Assembly (NCBI GenBank): GCA_043228905.1
Contig: JBHGNT010000013.1
Span: 4,960,001-5,024,000 of the forward strand
Reading direction: 5' to 3'
Origin: Azolla caroliniana
Taxonomy: Eukaryota; Plantae; Polypodiophyta
DNA: 64,000 bases
Position 1 is the first letter of the stretch. Each line of letters opens with the position of its first letter. This document shows, piece by piece, positions 51,456-64,000 of this stretch. The notes beneath the pieces are model-generated. The model was not told the origin of the DNA and did not search any database. It saw nothing but the letters and a program-made list of their open reading frames with translations. Both the position numbers and the translations under genes were made by a program.

Positions 51456-54400
51456 CCTTTCCCCCCCTGTTCTATACATTCAATTGGACAATACTACTAG
51501 AGAGAGAGAAAAGTCAACTCTGTTTGGCTATCTAAGTATGTTGGTCAACCAAGGATTGTTTAGAAAAGTGAAGGTCAAATTTCTTTTGGTTGGTCACACA
51601 CATGATCATATAGATCAGATGTTTAGCACATTCTCTAGACAGTTGTCTCGGCATGATGCTTTCACATTACCAAACCTATTTGATGTCATTTGTGATGCAT
51701 ATACACCACGCCCAAAAGTGTTACACTTGAAGGAGGTATATGACTTTAAGAGAGATATATCAGATGGGGGTGTTGCGAATGTTAAAGTGCTCGCCTAGTT
51801 AAACAATATAAGCTTCAATTAGATTTTTATGATAAAGAAAAATGAAATAAGTGGTTCTACGCTTTTGTATGCCAAACAATATTCATCTTCTACAAAATGG
51901 GAACCTGAAGGTGGTTGCCAGTTCTTACTTTGTATGCCGAGTACAATAGTCCATGGAGCTAAACAAATGCCAATTGAGAAGAAAGGATAGTTGCATAGTG
52001 AGTGACTTCGTATCGGAACAAAAACACTTATGGCTCCAAGCATTAACAGAAAAAAGAAAGCATATTGAGGCCACAAAGAAATATGCCACACAACAAGGCA
52101 CATCATAGTGGGATGTATTTTTTAGTGATTAGAAAGGAATTATTGACAATTGTGTATTTGGTGATAATTGGACCTTGGAAACGCCATTCACATGGTCGCT
52201 ACAACATGATCTTGTAAATAAAACTCCAGAGCAACCACAAATGTGATTAATGACAGTTTGGTCCATCCACAACAAAGAGACATTTATGTGGAACCAAGGA
52301 TGACCAAAGCAGCTGAAGCTAGATGGCATGGCAATATGCAAGAGCTCACGGCGGGGATGTTGATTGTAACACCTGCTGATGAGAACTCACATGGCCACCA
52401 ATTTTGGATTGGTAAAATTTTAAAAGTGTTAATAGATGAAATAAAAAACATGATCAAGTCTATCAAAGTGCATTGGTACAACACTAGAAGTGAAAATGCT
52501 TTTACGGGTAAGTATACATTGGAGATGATTTAATGCCCAACGACAAGGTGAGGTAGGAAAAGGAAGCAAAACATTTGTAACACCTCAACCATTGATATCT
52601 GTGATGTGGATATCATCGTGTACGCATACAAAAGCTGGACATTTAAGGAATTCAACAATACATATAATAAAAGAAAAATTACCAGGTCTACAAGGTGGCT
52701 CTAGTCGAAGGCAAACGAGATCTACTGCATATAATCTAGAGTCACACCATTTGGTTTATGATGAAGATAATGCATTGATTGGTACATCCGAGGATGACGA
52801 GGAAGAATTCTCATTGTATATTAGTTATAGTAGTGATTCTCCGTAAAGGAGTGATCATGAATGTATTTTTGGCTATTTACTGTAACTACCTTCCACTTGT
52901 AACAAATCGAGTAATATAAAAGCATGTGTTTTGAATTCATTTGATTCCTATGAATATCTCTTCTTATAAAAAACATTGGTTGTAAAGTTTGTGAAATAAA
53001 TTAAACCCTAAACATTTTGAAATTCCTTTTTTTTCTTTAAATCACGAAAATGGTGGATTTTCAACCTTTTTCATAGTATATTTGAGAATGTATGATACTG
53101 GTATCAATGTGCTTTGTAATATCACTAAAAAAGTACTGAAATCAAACAGAATATTCCTTATCCTTCCATTTATGCGTGATCCTTCCACTTGTGAACGCAA
53201 ACGTGTTTTTACTTTCTATATTTTTTATTTAGTCGGCAAAAATGCTAACTCATTGATCCGCCTTGTCGATTCGAATCCGACTCTGTCTTTCCGAACATTG
53301 TGACTCTGACATTTCTACACTTGTCCAACTCTTTCCCTAACCGACTCACAATCACAACGAGATTAGACACCTCCACACACAGATCCTTGAGTAGCCTCTT
53401 GAGCCATATGGCTTCGCATGTCGCGACAGCCTCTCCTCGGTACTCGGCCTCTGTGCTCAACAATGCTACTATCAGCTGCTTCTTACTGCTCCAGGCGACC
53501 GCGGCGCTCCCAAGTGAAAACGAATATCCGGATGTAGACCTATGTCGTCGGCATTTCAGGCCCAATCGTCATCCTAGTAGGTGACAAGTTGTTTGACTAC
53601 ACTGGCCGAATATAGCAACCCCCGATCCTTAGTGCCGCTAACATACCTGGTATTCAGTGTGCGCATTGAAGGTGCTCCACAGTCAGATGCACCATAAATT
53701 GACTGATCAATTCGACCGAATAGCTGAGGTCCGACCGGGTGATGGTCAGGTATATAAGGCTTCCGACTATTTGTGGGAACCTTTTCAGGTCGCATATCAT
53801 TCCGGAGTCGGGGCGAAGCTTCACATTCTATCATACTGAATTTGAAGAGCATAGTCACCACATAATGTTGTTGACTTATCAGTATGTCTTCGGGGTTACG
53901 GATCACTTCGATCCCAAGGAAGTAATGAAGGTCACTGAGATCCTTCATTTCGAATGATGCCGCGAGCTGGGATTTGACGTGGCTGATTTCGTCCAAATTC
54001 AGCACCGGCGATGACAAGATCATCCACATAGAGTAGTATGCTCACCAACCCATTCCGACCTTGCCGGATGAAAAGTGATGAGTCCAATTTCGACGGAGCA
54101 AACCCCATCTAAGGCAGTCTCTACGTGATCGCCGCGTTCCAGGTGCGCAAGTCTTGCTTGAGTTTGTAAAGGGACTTCTTCAATCGGCACACCGCCGATG
54201 TATTCACTCTGGACTGAAATCCAGGGGGCTGAACCATATACACATGCTCCTGAAGATCACCTTGCAAGAACGCATTCTTTACATCCATTTGATGTAGATG
54301 CCACCCTTTTACCGATGCCACCACAAGCAAAACACGAACAGTCTTCATCTTTGCAACCGGCGCAAACATCTCATCGTAATCGATGTCGTGTTGTTGCGCG

Positions 54401-54929
54401 TAGCTCTCCGGCTCACACACGATTGCCACTTTCTCCATGTATGCATAATGATGCGCCATATACTCGTCCCGTACCTCTTCACGGGGTTCTTCTGGTGGGT
54501 GGATCGGCGCAATTCCTAATTCGCCGATTTCACTACCTTCTCAACCGATTTCGACCTCTTCCTTGGAGGTTCCTTGTCGATCGGGTCAGAGTTGGAATCG
54601 CTCTGATCCGACTCAGCTCTCTCGGTGTCATACTCTGGCATCTTCTGCTTCTCCTTTTCTTTGCATGTGAACCATATCCTCGGTTTCTTGCGCGGGGAGA
54701 GCATAGCCGAGTCTTCACCACTCACCGGCTCATCATCCGGTTGACCACTCCAGTCATCTAGAGAGCAGTCAGAGTCTCTGGTTGTTCGGATTCCGTGATG
54801 CTTCTCTCTGTTCCGGATTCCACTGGATCATCAACAACGATCGGCTCGGGTTCAGGGGGAGGGAAGTTCTAAGATGCCGATTCATCAAAAAGGACATCTC
54901 AGCTGACTCGGACCGCTTTCGATCGGGTG

Positions 54930-55226
54930 TGTTGAGAATCAAGCTCAACTTGGTCTAGTGTGTGAACTCACCTTGAGAGTGAAGAGACACTCCAACGGTC
55001 AAGAGTCACCATTATGTCACCACTTTGTATTCTAGCATTTAGTATGAGTCATAGAATCATATTCTATGACACATAATTTATGAGCTTTCACATTCCCCAT
55101 GCTCCATGAGTCTTGTAGTTAATGAAGAGAGAGGGTGACTACATAAAGCACCCTCCTCCCACCTTGTATTATGTTGAGTCTTTCTCCTTTGTCAATATAC
55201 TTTTACCTTGCGTATTCTCTGTGTTT

Positions 55227-55272
<46 letters not shown>

Positions 55273-58200
55273 CACACACATAACTCACATCTCTTCTGCT
55301 TCACAAGAATCCATCTCTTGATTCTTTACATGGTATCAGAGCGATTTGGTAGCTCGATCTAGCCCATTCACCTCATCGTGATCGTGTGTTGTGCTCTACA
55401 CCGACGACCAAGAACCGGCTCATAACTATCGTAGCTTCGCTACATAGCTCGCATTTGAAGAGAGAAGAAGAAGAAGAAGAAGAATCGACATAATGAATAC
55501 TCAAATGGGGAGCGCTCTCCCTACCGAGAAGTTGGATCGAAACAACTTCACATCTTGGGAGTACAAGATGCACCAATACCTTGTCGGACAAGGCTATTGG
55601 AGCTACATCAAAGGAGCGCATGAAGACCGACCCACCGAAGCGGCTCCCGGATACGCGACATGGGAGCAAGCCGCAAGCCGTGTGATGTATTGTTTGGCGA
55701 CATGTGTTCACGACCACATGCTCGGTTACATTCGAGAAGCCAAGACACCGAAGGAAACGTGGGAAAATCTACGAAAGATTTTCACCGCCAACACGACCGC
55801 AAGGAAGCTTCAACTCCGCCAAGAGTTGAACAACATTCAACAAAGGGACATGTCCATCACGACATACACCTTGAAGATCAAGGAGCTTTGCGACTCGCTC
55901 GGCTCAATAAGTGTAAGTATAGATGATGATGAGATAGTGCAAATATGCCTCGGCAGCCTCGCACCACGGTTCGACGTGATGCGTACCGCCGTTCTAGCAC
56001 GGGAGAAATCTCCCTCCTTCTTCGAGCTCCAATCAATGCTATTGGTCGAAGAAAACCACATGCATACAAGGACCAATGAGTTGGAAGGCCACATGCTCTA
56101 CACGCACTCTAATGGAGGAAGAGAACGTGGACGAGCGAGAGGCCGATTTGGCCAAGGACAAGGCGGACAAGGTCTGACCTACGACAACAACTCCCAATTT
56201 CGGCCGCAAAATGGAGGCCAACAAGGAACCTTCGCAAGAAGGGGGAGCTTCCAATCCGGCCCGAGCCGTCAAAACGCAACCGAATGTGGATATTGCGGAA
56301 AGCTCGGCCACCAGGAAGAAGAGTGTCGAAAGAAGATGCGTGAATCGGCTTCCACAAGCCGACAACTCACGAATTACACACACAACTCCAACTATGAAGA
56401 TCATGGCGGAATGTATCCACACAACTCTGACCGTGGCGAAATGTATGGGCACAACTCTAACTACGAAGATCGTGGCGGAATGTATGCGCACAACTCCGAC
56501 CGTGGCGGAATGTTCATGATGAAACATAGAGCAAACTCTATGTCGACCGCTACCTCAACTAGTCCCTCCGGTCTGGAAGACGTACGGTTCGTCGATTCCG
56601 GTGCCTCAAACCATATGACATCGCATCAAGAATGGTTCCGAGAACTTCGAGAGCCGGACCAACCCGGTTATGTCGAAACCGGAGATGACACTACGCATCC
56701 GATTCGTCACATTGGCAATGTTCCGTTCGGAAAAGAAGATAAGCAAAATTACATTAAAAATGTCTTGCATGTACCGACCATTACGAAGAATTTGGTCTCT
56801 GTCGGCCAAATTGTAGAGCAAGGGATGCAAGTTCGATTTAATCAAGGCGGTTGCTTCATCGAAAAGAGGGCCGACTCATTGCACGTGGAAGAAGAGAGGG
56901 CCGGATGTTCATTCTTGATTCACGCGAGATGAAATCCGCCATGTTCGCGACAAAAACGAAAGCCGACTCTGACATAGAGCTATGGCACAAGCGAATCGGC
57001 CATATCAATCTCAACAAACTCAAGGCAATGAAATCGAAAGGAGTCGTCATAAGACTCCCGACATTCAAAGAGAAGGAGATTGATGGTGTATGCGAAGCGT
57101 GCCAATTCAGCAAGCAACACCGACACCCATTCCCGAAAGAGTGGAACATGAGCAAAGGTCTACTCAACGTAGTCCATTCACACATATGGGGACCGGCGCA
57201 GATGGCTACATTCGGCGGATGCCGATATTACGTGCTCTTCATCGACGACTTCTCTAGGCACACTTGGATCTACCCGATGCGGCAAAAGAGCGAAGTGTTC
57301 AGACACTTCCAAAATTTCAAGAATGAAGTCGAGAAAGCCACGGGCTGACATGTACGATGCCTTCGATCGGATGGCGGCAAGGAGTACTTCTCAGACGATT
57401 TCACGGCGTATCTCCGAAAGGAAGGAATTCGGCGAGAATTCACTTGCCGACACACTCCGCAACAAAACGGAGTAGCCGAGCGCAAAAATCGGCACATCCT
57501 CAAAGTAGTGCGGGCCATGATGAACGAGAAGCATATGCCCAAGTTATATTGGGCCGAAGCTGCAAATACGGCCGTCTACCTAATGAACCAATGCACAACA
57601 TCTGGCGTGCACGAGGTCACTCCGCACGAAAAATACTTTGGAAAGAAGTCGGACTTATCGCACACCCGGATATTCGGCGCGATAGCGTACATGCACATCC
57701 CCGACGAGAAACGTCAAAAGCTTGATCCGAAGTCTAAGAAATGTATCCTCGTAGGATACTCACTGGAGCAAAAGGGGTACAAGTGCTACAACCCCTCAAC
57801 TTGAAAATCTCGAGTAAGTCGAGACGTCGTTTTTGACGAGTCTGCATCCTGGTACGCACCAGAGACAACTCTGACTCCGTCTCCGCTCGACCAGGAATCC
57901 GCCGAACAAGAGATAGAGGATGAGGATCGCCTTATGCACATGTTCGAAGAGAGTCTGATCACGACCCAACTGAGCAGACCACAAGAGCCTTTGAGCGATC
58001 AAAGCACATCACGGCCTAGCCCGAAGATGGACAAGGGCAAGGCGAAAATGGCGGAATACGCAGATGATCGTTTCGACGATGATGAGTCGACTCACTCACT
58101 CGACAGTGAGTTCGACGGCTTCGATGTACCAATCAGAGCTAAGAAAGCCCTCATCTCAGCAAATGAAAAGTTCCGTCGCTCCACCCATGAAAAGAACCCC

Positions 58201-60387
58201 GTAAGCCGATTCGGCTACAACAATTATATGGCATACCATTACGCCTTTATGATGAAGGTAGGGACAGTACGGGAGCCGGAAACCTTTTCGGAAGCCACGA
58301 AGGACCTGCGATGGATCGAAGCAATGAATGAGGAGATGCAAGCACTACATAAGAACGAGACATGGGATCTCGTTTCCACCTCACCACACAAAAAGGCGAT
58401 CGGATGCAGATGGATCTACAAGGTGAAGTATAACGTCGATGGCTCCGTAAACCGCTACAAAGCTCGACTCGTAGCGAAAGGATACGCTCAGACACATGGC
58501 GTCGAAGAGACCTTTGCCCCGGTGGCAAAGATGACGACGGTTTGGACCGTAATTGCGATTGCCGCGGCGAAAGGGTGGCACCTCCATCCAATGGACGTCA
58601 AGAACTCCTTTCTACAAGGAGAATTAGAAGAGGAGGTGTACATGATCCAACCACCTGGCTTCAACTCGAGCACCCATCCGAAAGCGGTTTGCCGACTCAA
58701 GAAGCCACTCTATGGCCTCAAGCAAGCACCGCGTGCTTGGCATTCAAAGGTAACGCAATATCTTCATCAAATTGGCTTCCATATGTCAAAATCGGACAAC
58801 TCCCTCTACATACGACGCGATTACACAAGTCTGATCATCATCATTTTATATGTGGATGACCTAGTCATTGGAGGTGAGCATCTCGTCGAAATCAATAAAG
58901 TCAAATCCCTCCTCTCCGACAAGTTCAAGATGACGGACATGAAGGAGCTCCACTACTTCCTCGGCATCGAGGTAATTCGGACTCCGGTCGGAATCATGAT
59001 CTCTCAACGGCACTACATCCTCAACTTGTTATACAAGTTAAGGATGGCTGACTGCAAATCCGCGGCAACCCCGCTCGATCGCAATCTCAAACTAGATGTG
59101 AACTCCGGCACCAAAGCATGTGAGCCGACTTAGTATCGGCAACTCATCGGGAGTCTCATCTACCTCACGATCACACGACTTGATCTTAGTTATCCGGTCG
59201 GTCTCCTTAGCCAATTCATGCAAACACCGCGTGATACTCACTTGGATTGCGCTAAGTGAGTTCTACGCTACGTGAGCGGCACAATGGATTGCGGCATCCT
59301 CTACAAGACCGCGATGCCAATACAACTCGAGGGGTACACAGACGCCGATTGGGCCGGCTACAAAGTTGATAGAAGATCAACCTCCGGATTTTTTTTCTCC
59401 CTCAGTAGCGGAGCAATATCCTGGAGTAGCAAGAAGCAGCCCACCGTCGCTCTTTCGAGTATGGAGGCGGAATACAGGGGCGCATCCGTAGCTGCGTGTG
59501 AAGCCGTATGGCTCAAGAGGATTTTGAAGGATCTGGGCGTACCCATCAAGGATCCGACTTCCCTTTACTGCGACAACATGAGCAGTATCTATCTGGCTCG
59601 ACACCCGGTGTTCCACGCGCGGACAAAGAACTTTGAAGTGCACTATCACTTCATCCGAGAGCGCGTTCTGGCTGGCGATGTCGACCTACAACACTTTAGC
59701 ACCAATCTTCAAACGGCCGACATCTTGACTAAAGCCTTAGGAGCCGACAAGCTATGGCAATTCATGACCGATCTCGAATTGACGATCCCTGACCTACCAA
59801 GCTTGAGGGGGAGTACTGAAGACACTACGCAATAACGCGTGGATTCCGCAACCACGCAACGAAGCAGCGAAGAGCCGATCTACCGCGCAAAGTTGTGAAG
59901 AAAGATGCAAGACGAAGCACAGACTTCGCAACTACGCACGCAAGCCGAAGCACAGACTTCGTAACTACGCACAACGCAAAGTGGACCATGTATTCCGCAA
60001 CTCCGCATAAAGCGAGTCGACACGAGTCGACGCGGACTCCGGAACACGAGTTGAAGCGGATTTCGGATACCGTTTGAAACCTACCCGACTTGAGTTTGAG
60101 GGGGCGTGTTGAGAATCAAGCTCAACTTGGTCTAGTGTGTGAACTCACCTTGAGAGTGAAGAGACACTCCAACGGTCAAGAGTCACCATTATGTCACCAC
60201 TTTGTATTCTAGCATCTAGTATGAGTCATAGAATCATATTCTATGACAATAACTTATGAGCTTTCACATTCCCATGCTCCATGAGTCTTGTAGTTAATGA
60301 AGAGAGAGGGTGACTACATAAAGCACCCTCCTCCCACCTTGTATTATGTTGAGTCTTTCTCCTTTGTCAATATACTTTTACCTTGTG

Positions 60388-60447
<60 letters not shown>

Positions 60448-60497
60448 TAACTCACATCTCTTCCGCTTCACAAGAATCCATCTCTTGATTCTTTACA
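54930..60497 (+). mobile_element. Full-length Ty1/Copia element
   Basis: LTRs 54930-55330 and 60107-60497 (TGTTGAG...TTTACA); PBS TGGTATCAGAGC 55331-55342; PPT GAGGGGGCG 60098-60106; TSD GGGTG/GGGGG. Confidence 0.95.
55493..59835 (+). pseudogene. gag-pol: Copia gag-PR-INT-RT-RNase H polyprotein (one frameshift, several stops)
   Basis: CGYCGKLGHQEEEC, VDSGASNHM, LWHKRIGH, IDDFSR, GYKCYNP, YKARLVAKG, LYVDDL, YTDADWAG and ADILTK motifs in Copia order. Confidence 0.93.
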
Positions 60498-63015
60498 GGG
60501 GGTTATAACACTTATAACCCTTCTGTTGATTTGAGTAGACGACAAGAATACACTTTTCGGCTTTCACGTCTAACTTCCTCCGCTTTTCCTTTGATACATG
60601 TACATATGCAATGCTACCGAAAACCCGAAGGTGTGCTAAATTCGGTTTCTGCTCGAAATATAGTTCGTGCGACGACACCTTTGTCCCTGAGGCAGATATC
60701 CGATTCTGGATGTACACGATTGTCCGAATTGCTTCGGCCCAATAGAAGTTGGGCATGCTTTTCTCCTCAAGCATCGCCCAATAGAAGTTGGGCATGCTTC
60801 TACCAGTGTCCTATTCCGACGCTCGGCCATGCCATTCTGCTCCGGCGTGTATCTACAAGAGAATTCCCATCGGATTCCCTTCGTCTGCATATAGCTCATG
60901 AATTGGACAGAAAAGAATCTTTCTGTCATCCAATCTTCGACACTTGATCTTTCTTCCGGCCTCATGTTCGACAAGGTTCTTCAAATTTCAGAAACATGAG
61001 AAGACTTCGTTTTTCTTCTCAATTAGATAGATCCAAGTGTGGTAGGTGAAATCGTCGATGAAGGAGATGAAATATTGACTCCCGTCGACACTCACATTTT
61101 GTGTTGGTCCCCACACATCCGAGTGGATAAGATCAAGTCGATTCCGGCTCCAATTCTTGTCATTGAGGAATAGAAGTGTATGTTGCTTCCCGAGTTGGCA
61201 AGCTTCACGGCCACTAAACTTGAGGCAGTCCGGAAACCACGTGTTTTGACTACAGCTCGTGAAGCTTCCGGAAGTTCATGTGGCCGATCCGCTTGTGCCA
61301 TGGGTCCATGTCCGACTCGACCTTCTACCCTTTCGTGAACATAGTGGTGCCCACATCATTCGTTTCGAGGATAAACATAGTGGTACCCGTCTCGGCGCCC
61401 GAGATGTCCCCGGTTTTTCTAGGAATGAAAACCATTCTTCGTGGCTCGTCATATGGTTCAACGCTCCAGAGTCAACATACCACACTTCCTTCGAACCCAA
61501 AGTGGTCTTCTTCATCAACTTAGCCTTGTCTTTCATCACAAAGGCTGGGGGCGATCCATTTCTGGAATTGGATCCTTCCAGTCCTCCCGCGTAGTAAGAG
61601 CTTTGTCGGCTTCCCCGTCTAGCCTTGCCAGATCCGGATTTGTATGAATTGGTGCACTTCTTCCAGCACTCGCTCTTTCTGTGGCCCTTCTAGCCACAAT
61701 ACCAACCGTCCATCGCGGTCTTCTCTCACCGGGTCCTGGCCACAGTACTTGTGGAGGGTTCAGAACGGTTATCGACACCATCCTTGTGCCTCCAATTCTG
61801 CTCTTGTCGGCCGCTTTGATTGCCTGCCGATCCGCCTCGTCTACCAGGATCACGGGGCCTCTCTACCTCCGTGTACAACATCTTCTTACAAGTTGGTTTG
61901 TGTACTCGTTGACGCACCCACGTGGTTCTCCTCAACTAGGAGCATCAACTGTAGGTCAAAAAAGGAGAGTGTATTCTCCCTTGTACAGACTGTCGTCTGG
62001 AATGCTCCGAACTTTGACGTTAGGCCCCCGAGACAAACCTGCACCATCTCATCATGCTCAATGGTTACATTGATAGAACCAAGTGAGTTGCAAATGTCTT
62101 TGATCCAGGCCGTATAGTCGGCCACCGACATGTCCTTCTATCAGACATTGTTCAACTCCTGTCGGAGTTGTAGCTTCCGGGTCGTGGTGCTTGCGGTGAA
62201 GACCTTCTTTAGGTTTCCCCAAGCTTCCTTTGGGGTCATGGCATCTCGGATATGGCTCAGCAGCTGATCGTTGACACTAGATGCAAAGCAGTGCATAACT
62301 CTGCTTGCCGCTTATTCCCAAGTCGGGAATTCCCAATGTCCCGCATCAGCTGTTGTATCATTGGCTCTGTCTACATAACTCCAGTAACCATGCCCAAGCA
62401 GGTACTGATGCATCTTGTACGAACAAGATGAGTAGTTGGATCTGTCGAGTTTCTCCATCGGGAGCGAGCTAGCAATTCCTCGGTCGATATCATTCTTCTG
62501 ACTGTTCTTTACCAGGTGTTAGGGTTTTTCTTTAGAAAACGCTTGTCGGTTGCAGAGATTCTCAACCCTTACTCTCTAATACCATGTAAAAGAATACGAT
62601 TGTGGAAGCTAAGACAAAACTGGCTCGGACGAGTAGCAAAAGAATATAGACACGGGTTTAATGGAAACCTTACACGGGAGAGACAGAGAGAACAAAATAG
62701 TAAACTCAATAGAAAATAATAACACTCTGTACATACAATGTGCTCAGTGAGAAATTTTATACAAGTCCTTAAAAGGACTGACAGAAGTACTAACAAGTAC
62801 TTCAATGCTCATACGAGCGACTGGCACTGACTCCTAAAAATATGCCTACGTACTAGGCTAGATTCATAGTCCTCTAAAGGCCTACCGGTTACAATCGGAT
62901 CCGGCTCCTGGTTCGGGATACCATCTCGACACCGATCCAGTTCTTCATTACGGACTCCAATTGGGCTCTGGCTTGTTCAGCCGATCCGAATACGGTTGAG
63001 CTTGTCCTCTCAACA

Positions 63016-64000
63016 GACATGAATTGATTGATCAAGCCGATCGGGTAACTGAGGTCCGACCAAGCGATGGTCAAATAGATGCTCGGCTTCTTACTCTGTC
63101 AGAACCGTGTTGGGTCGGACATCGTTCTCGAATTTTCATGAAGCTTCGCAATTCTATCCAGAGGGGTTGAGACTGATTTAGAATCTGTCATCCTGAACTT
63201 GAAGAGCATATTCAGCACATAATAGCGTTGGCTGATCAATATGCCTTCGGCGGTACATATCACTTTGATTCCGAGGATGTGATGATGGTCCTCCAGATCC
63301 TTCATTTCAAATGCTGCCAAGAGTTGAGACTTTACTCGATCGATTTCTTCAAGGTCAGCCCAATGTGACTGAGAGGAACTGCACCGACATGTTCAATGGT
63401 ATGCGGAGTGTCGTCTCCTGTTTCGACCACTTCTTGCTTTTCCGGTTTCTCCAACTACGAGAACCATTCCTCGTGACTCGTCATATGATTTGACGCTCCG
63501 GAGTCAACATACCACACCTCGTTTTCCCTCGAGGTGTTCACGGCCATTGAATTAGCCTTGTGCTTCATTACAAAGGTTGGGCCCGATCCATTTCTGGCTC
63601 ATTCAGATCCTTCCGCGTAGTGCGACCTTTGACGCCTCTCTGCTTCTCTTCGGCTCGATCCAGCTTTGTCAGAATCGGCTCATTTCTTCCAGCACTTGCT
63701 CTCCCTATGGCCTTTCTTGCCACAGTACCAGCAATCCGTCGTGGCCTTCTCTTGCCGGTTTCTGGCGCCACCATGACTCCCCCTGCTTCCGGAGGGTACT
63801 GTGTCATTAGCTCCACCGACATAACTCCAATAGTTTTGCCCAAGTAGGTACTGGTGCATCTTGTACGACCAAGATGCACAGTTGCTTTTGTCCAGCTTCT
63901 CTGTAGGAAGCGAGCTAGCCATCCCTCTATCTTATTTCTCTTTAGTTCTTCGCGGTTATGTTTGTTTGTTTGTCAGCCGCAGAGGATTTCAACCCTCGCG
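63016..64000 (-). pseudogene. Further heavily deleted Copia fragments (RT piece; gag-protease piece)
   Basis: FEMKDL...ISQRYYVLNML RT piece at 63020-63320; MASSLPTEKLDKSN...CWYCGKKGHRESKC and WYVDSGASNHMT at 63400-63922. Confidence 0.8.

Larger units (their letters stand above)
49127..52846 (+). pseudogene. Sola-like DDD transposase (frameshifted, interrupted by a solo LTR)
   Basis: Cys-rich N-terminus (ICRVAF; CSIC...H); catalytic-type motifs LMIDGMDQKKTCLPH (~50390), LYIQLDNTTRE (~51480) and FLLVGHTHDHIDQMFS (~51590); C-terminal FWIGKILKV...IKVHWY barrel. Confidence 0.8.
41121..53207 (+). mobile_element. Cut-and-paste TIR DNA transposon (Sola-like) with a cargo gene
   Basis: Left end AACACGTTCCCATTCACAAGTGGAAGG (41121-41147) vs right end rc AACACGTTTGCGTTCACAAGTGGAAGG (53181-53207). 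Flanked by a TTTA duplication (41117-41120, 53208-53211). Subterminal TTCCACTTGT repeats; encloses a DDD transposase. Confidence 0.85.
14296..53356 (-). mobile_element. Old non-chromovirus Gypsy (family B) acting as host for many nested insertions; 3' LTR missing
   Basis: Integrase, RNase H and RT fragments at 14296-17400; gag at 17500-18570, resuming at 39930-40680 across the AATCG TSD. PBS-like TGGTACGCC at ~40715-40723. The probable 5' LTR (~40736-41120 plus 53208-53356, start TGTGATTG) is split by the TIR transposon. Confidence 0.7.
53357..63015 (-). mobile_element. Degenerate Copia element (host of the 54930-60497 copy)
   Basis: RNase H/RT fragments 53357-54500, integrase 60503-61300, gag-PR 61400-62490, PBS TGGTATTAGAG rc 62574-62584, 5' LTR 62585-63015 (start TGTTGAG). 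Confidence 0.85.

Overview
A plant-type, almost entirely transposon-derived window, probably from a bryophyte, lycophyte or fern (inferred from the TE families and heavy C-to-T decay). It contains no intact host gene. Most of it is a nest of Ty3/Gypsy and Ty1/Copia LTR retrotransposons up to about 5 levels deep, with most insertions delimited by LTRs, PBS/PPT and target-site duplications (TSDs). Four non-routine items stand out. (1) A ~12 kb TIR DNA transposon (41121-53207, 4-bp TSD TTTA) has a Sola-like DDD transposase on + and a divergent, intron-containing gene on - that encodes a ParB-like domain fused to a prokaryote-type N6-adenine/N4-cytosine DNA methyltransferase. (2) A ~7 kb tandem array (~311-bp monomer with A/B dimer structure) is derived from Gypsy reverse-transcriptase coding sequence. 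(3) There is a Penelope-like retroelement fragment. (4) One Gypsy LTR family carries a tRNA-like A/B-box module, and two Gypsy elements have -1 frameshift signals with predicted pseudoknots. All assignments come from manual motif reading; no database searches were run.
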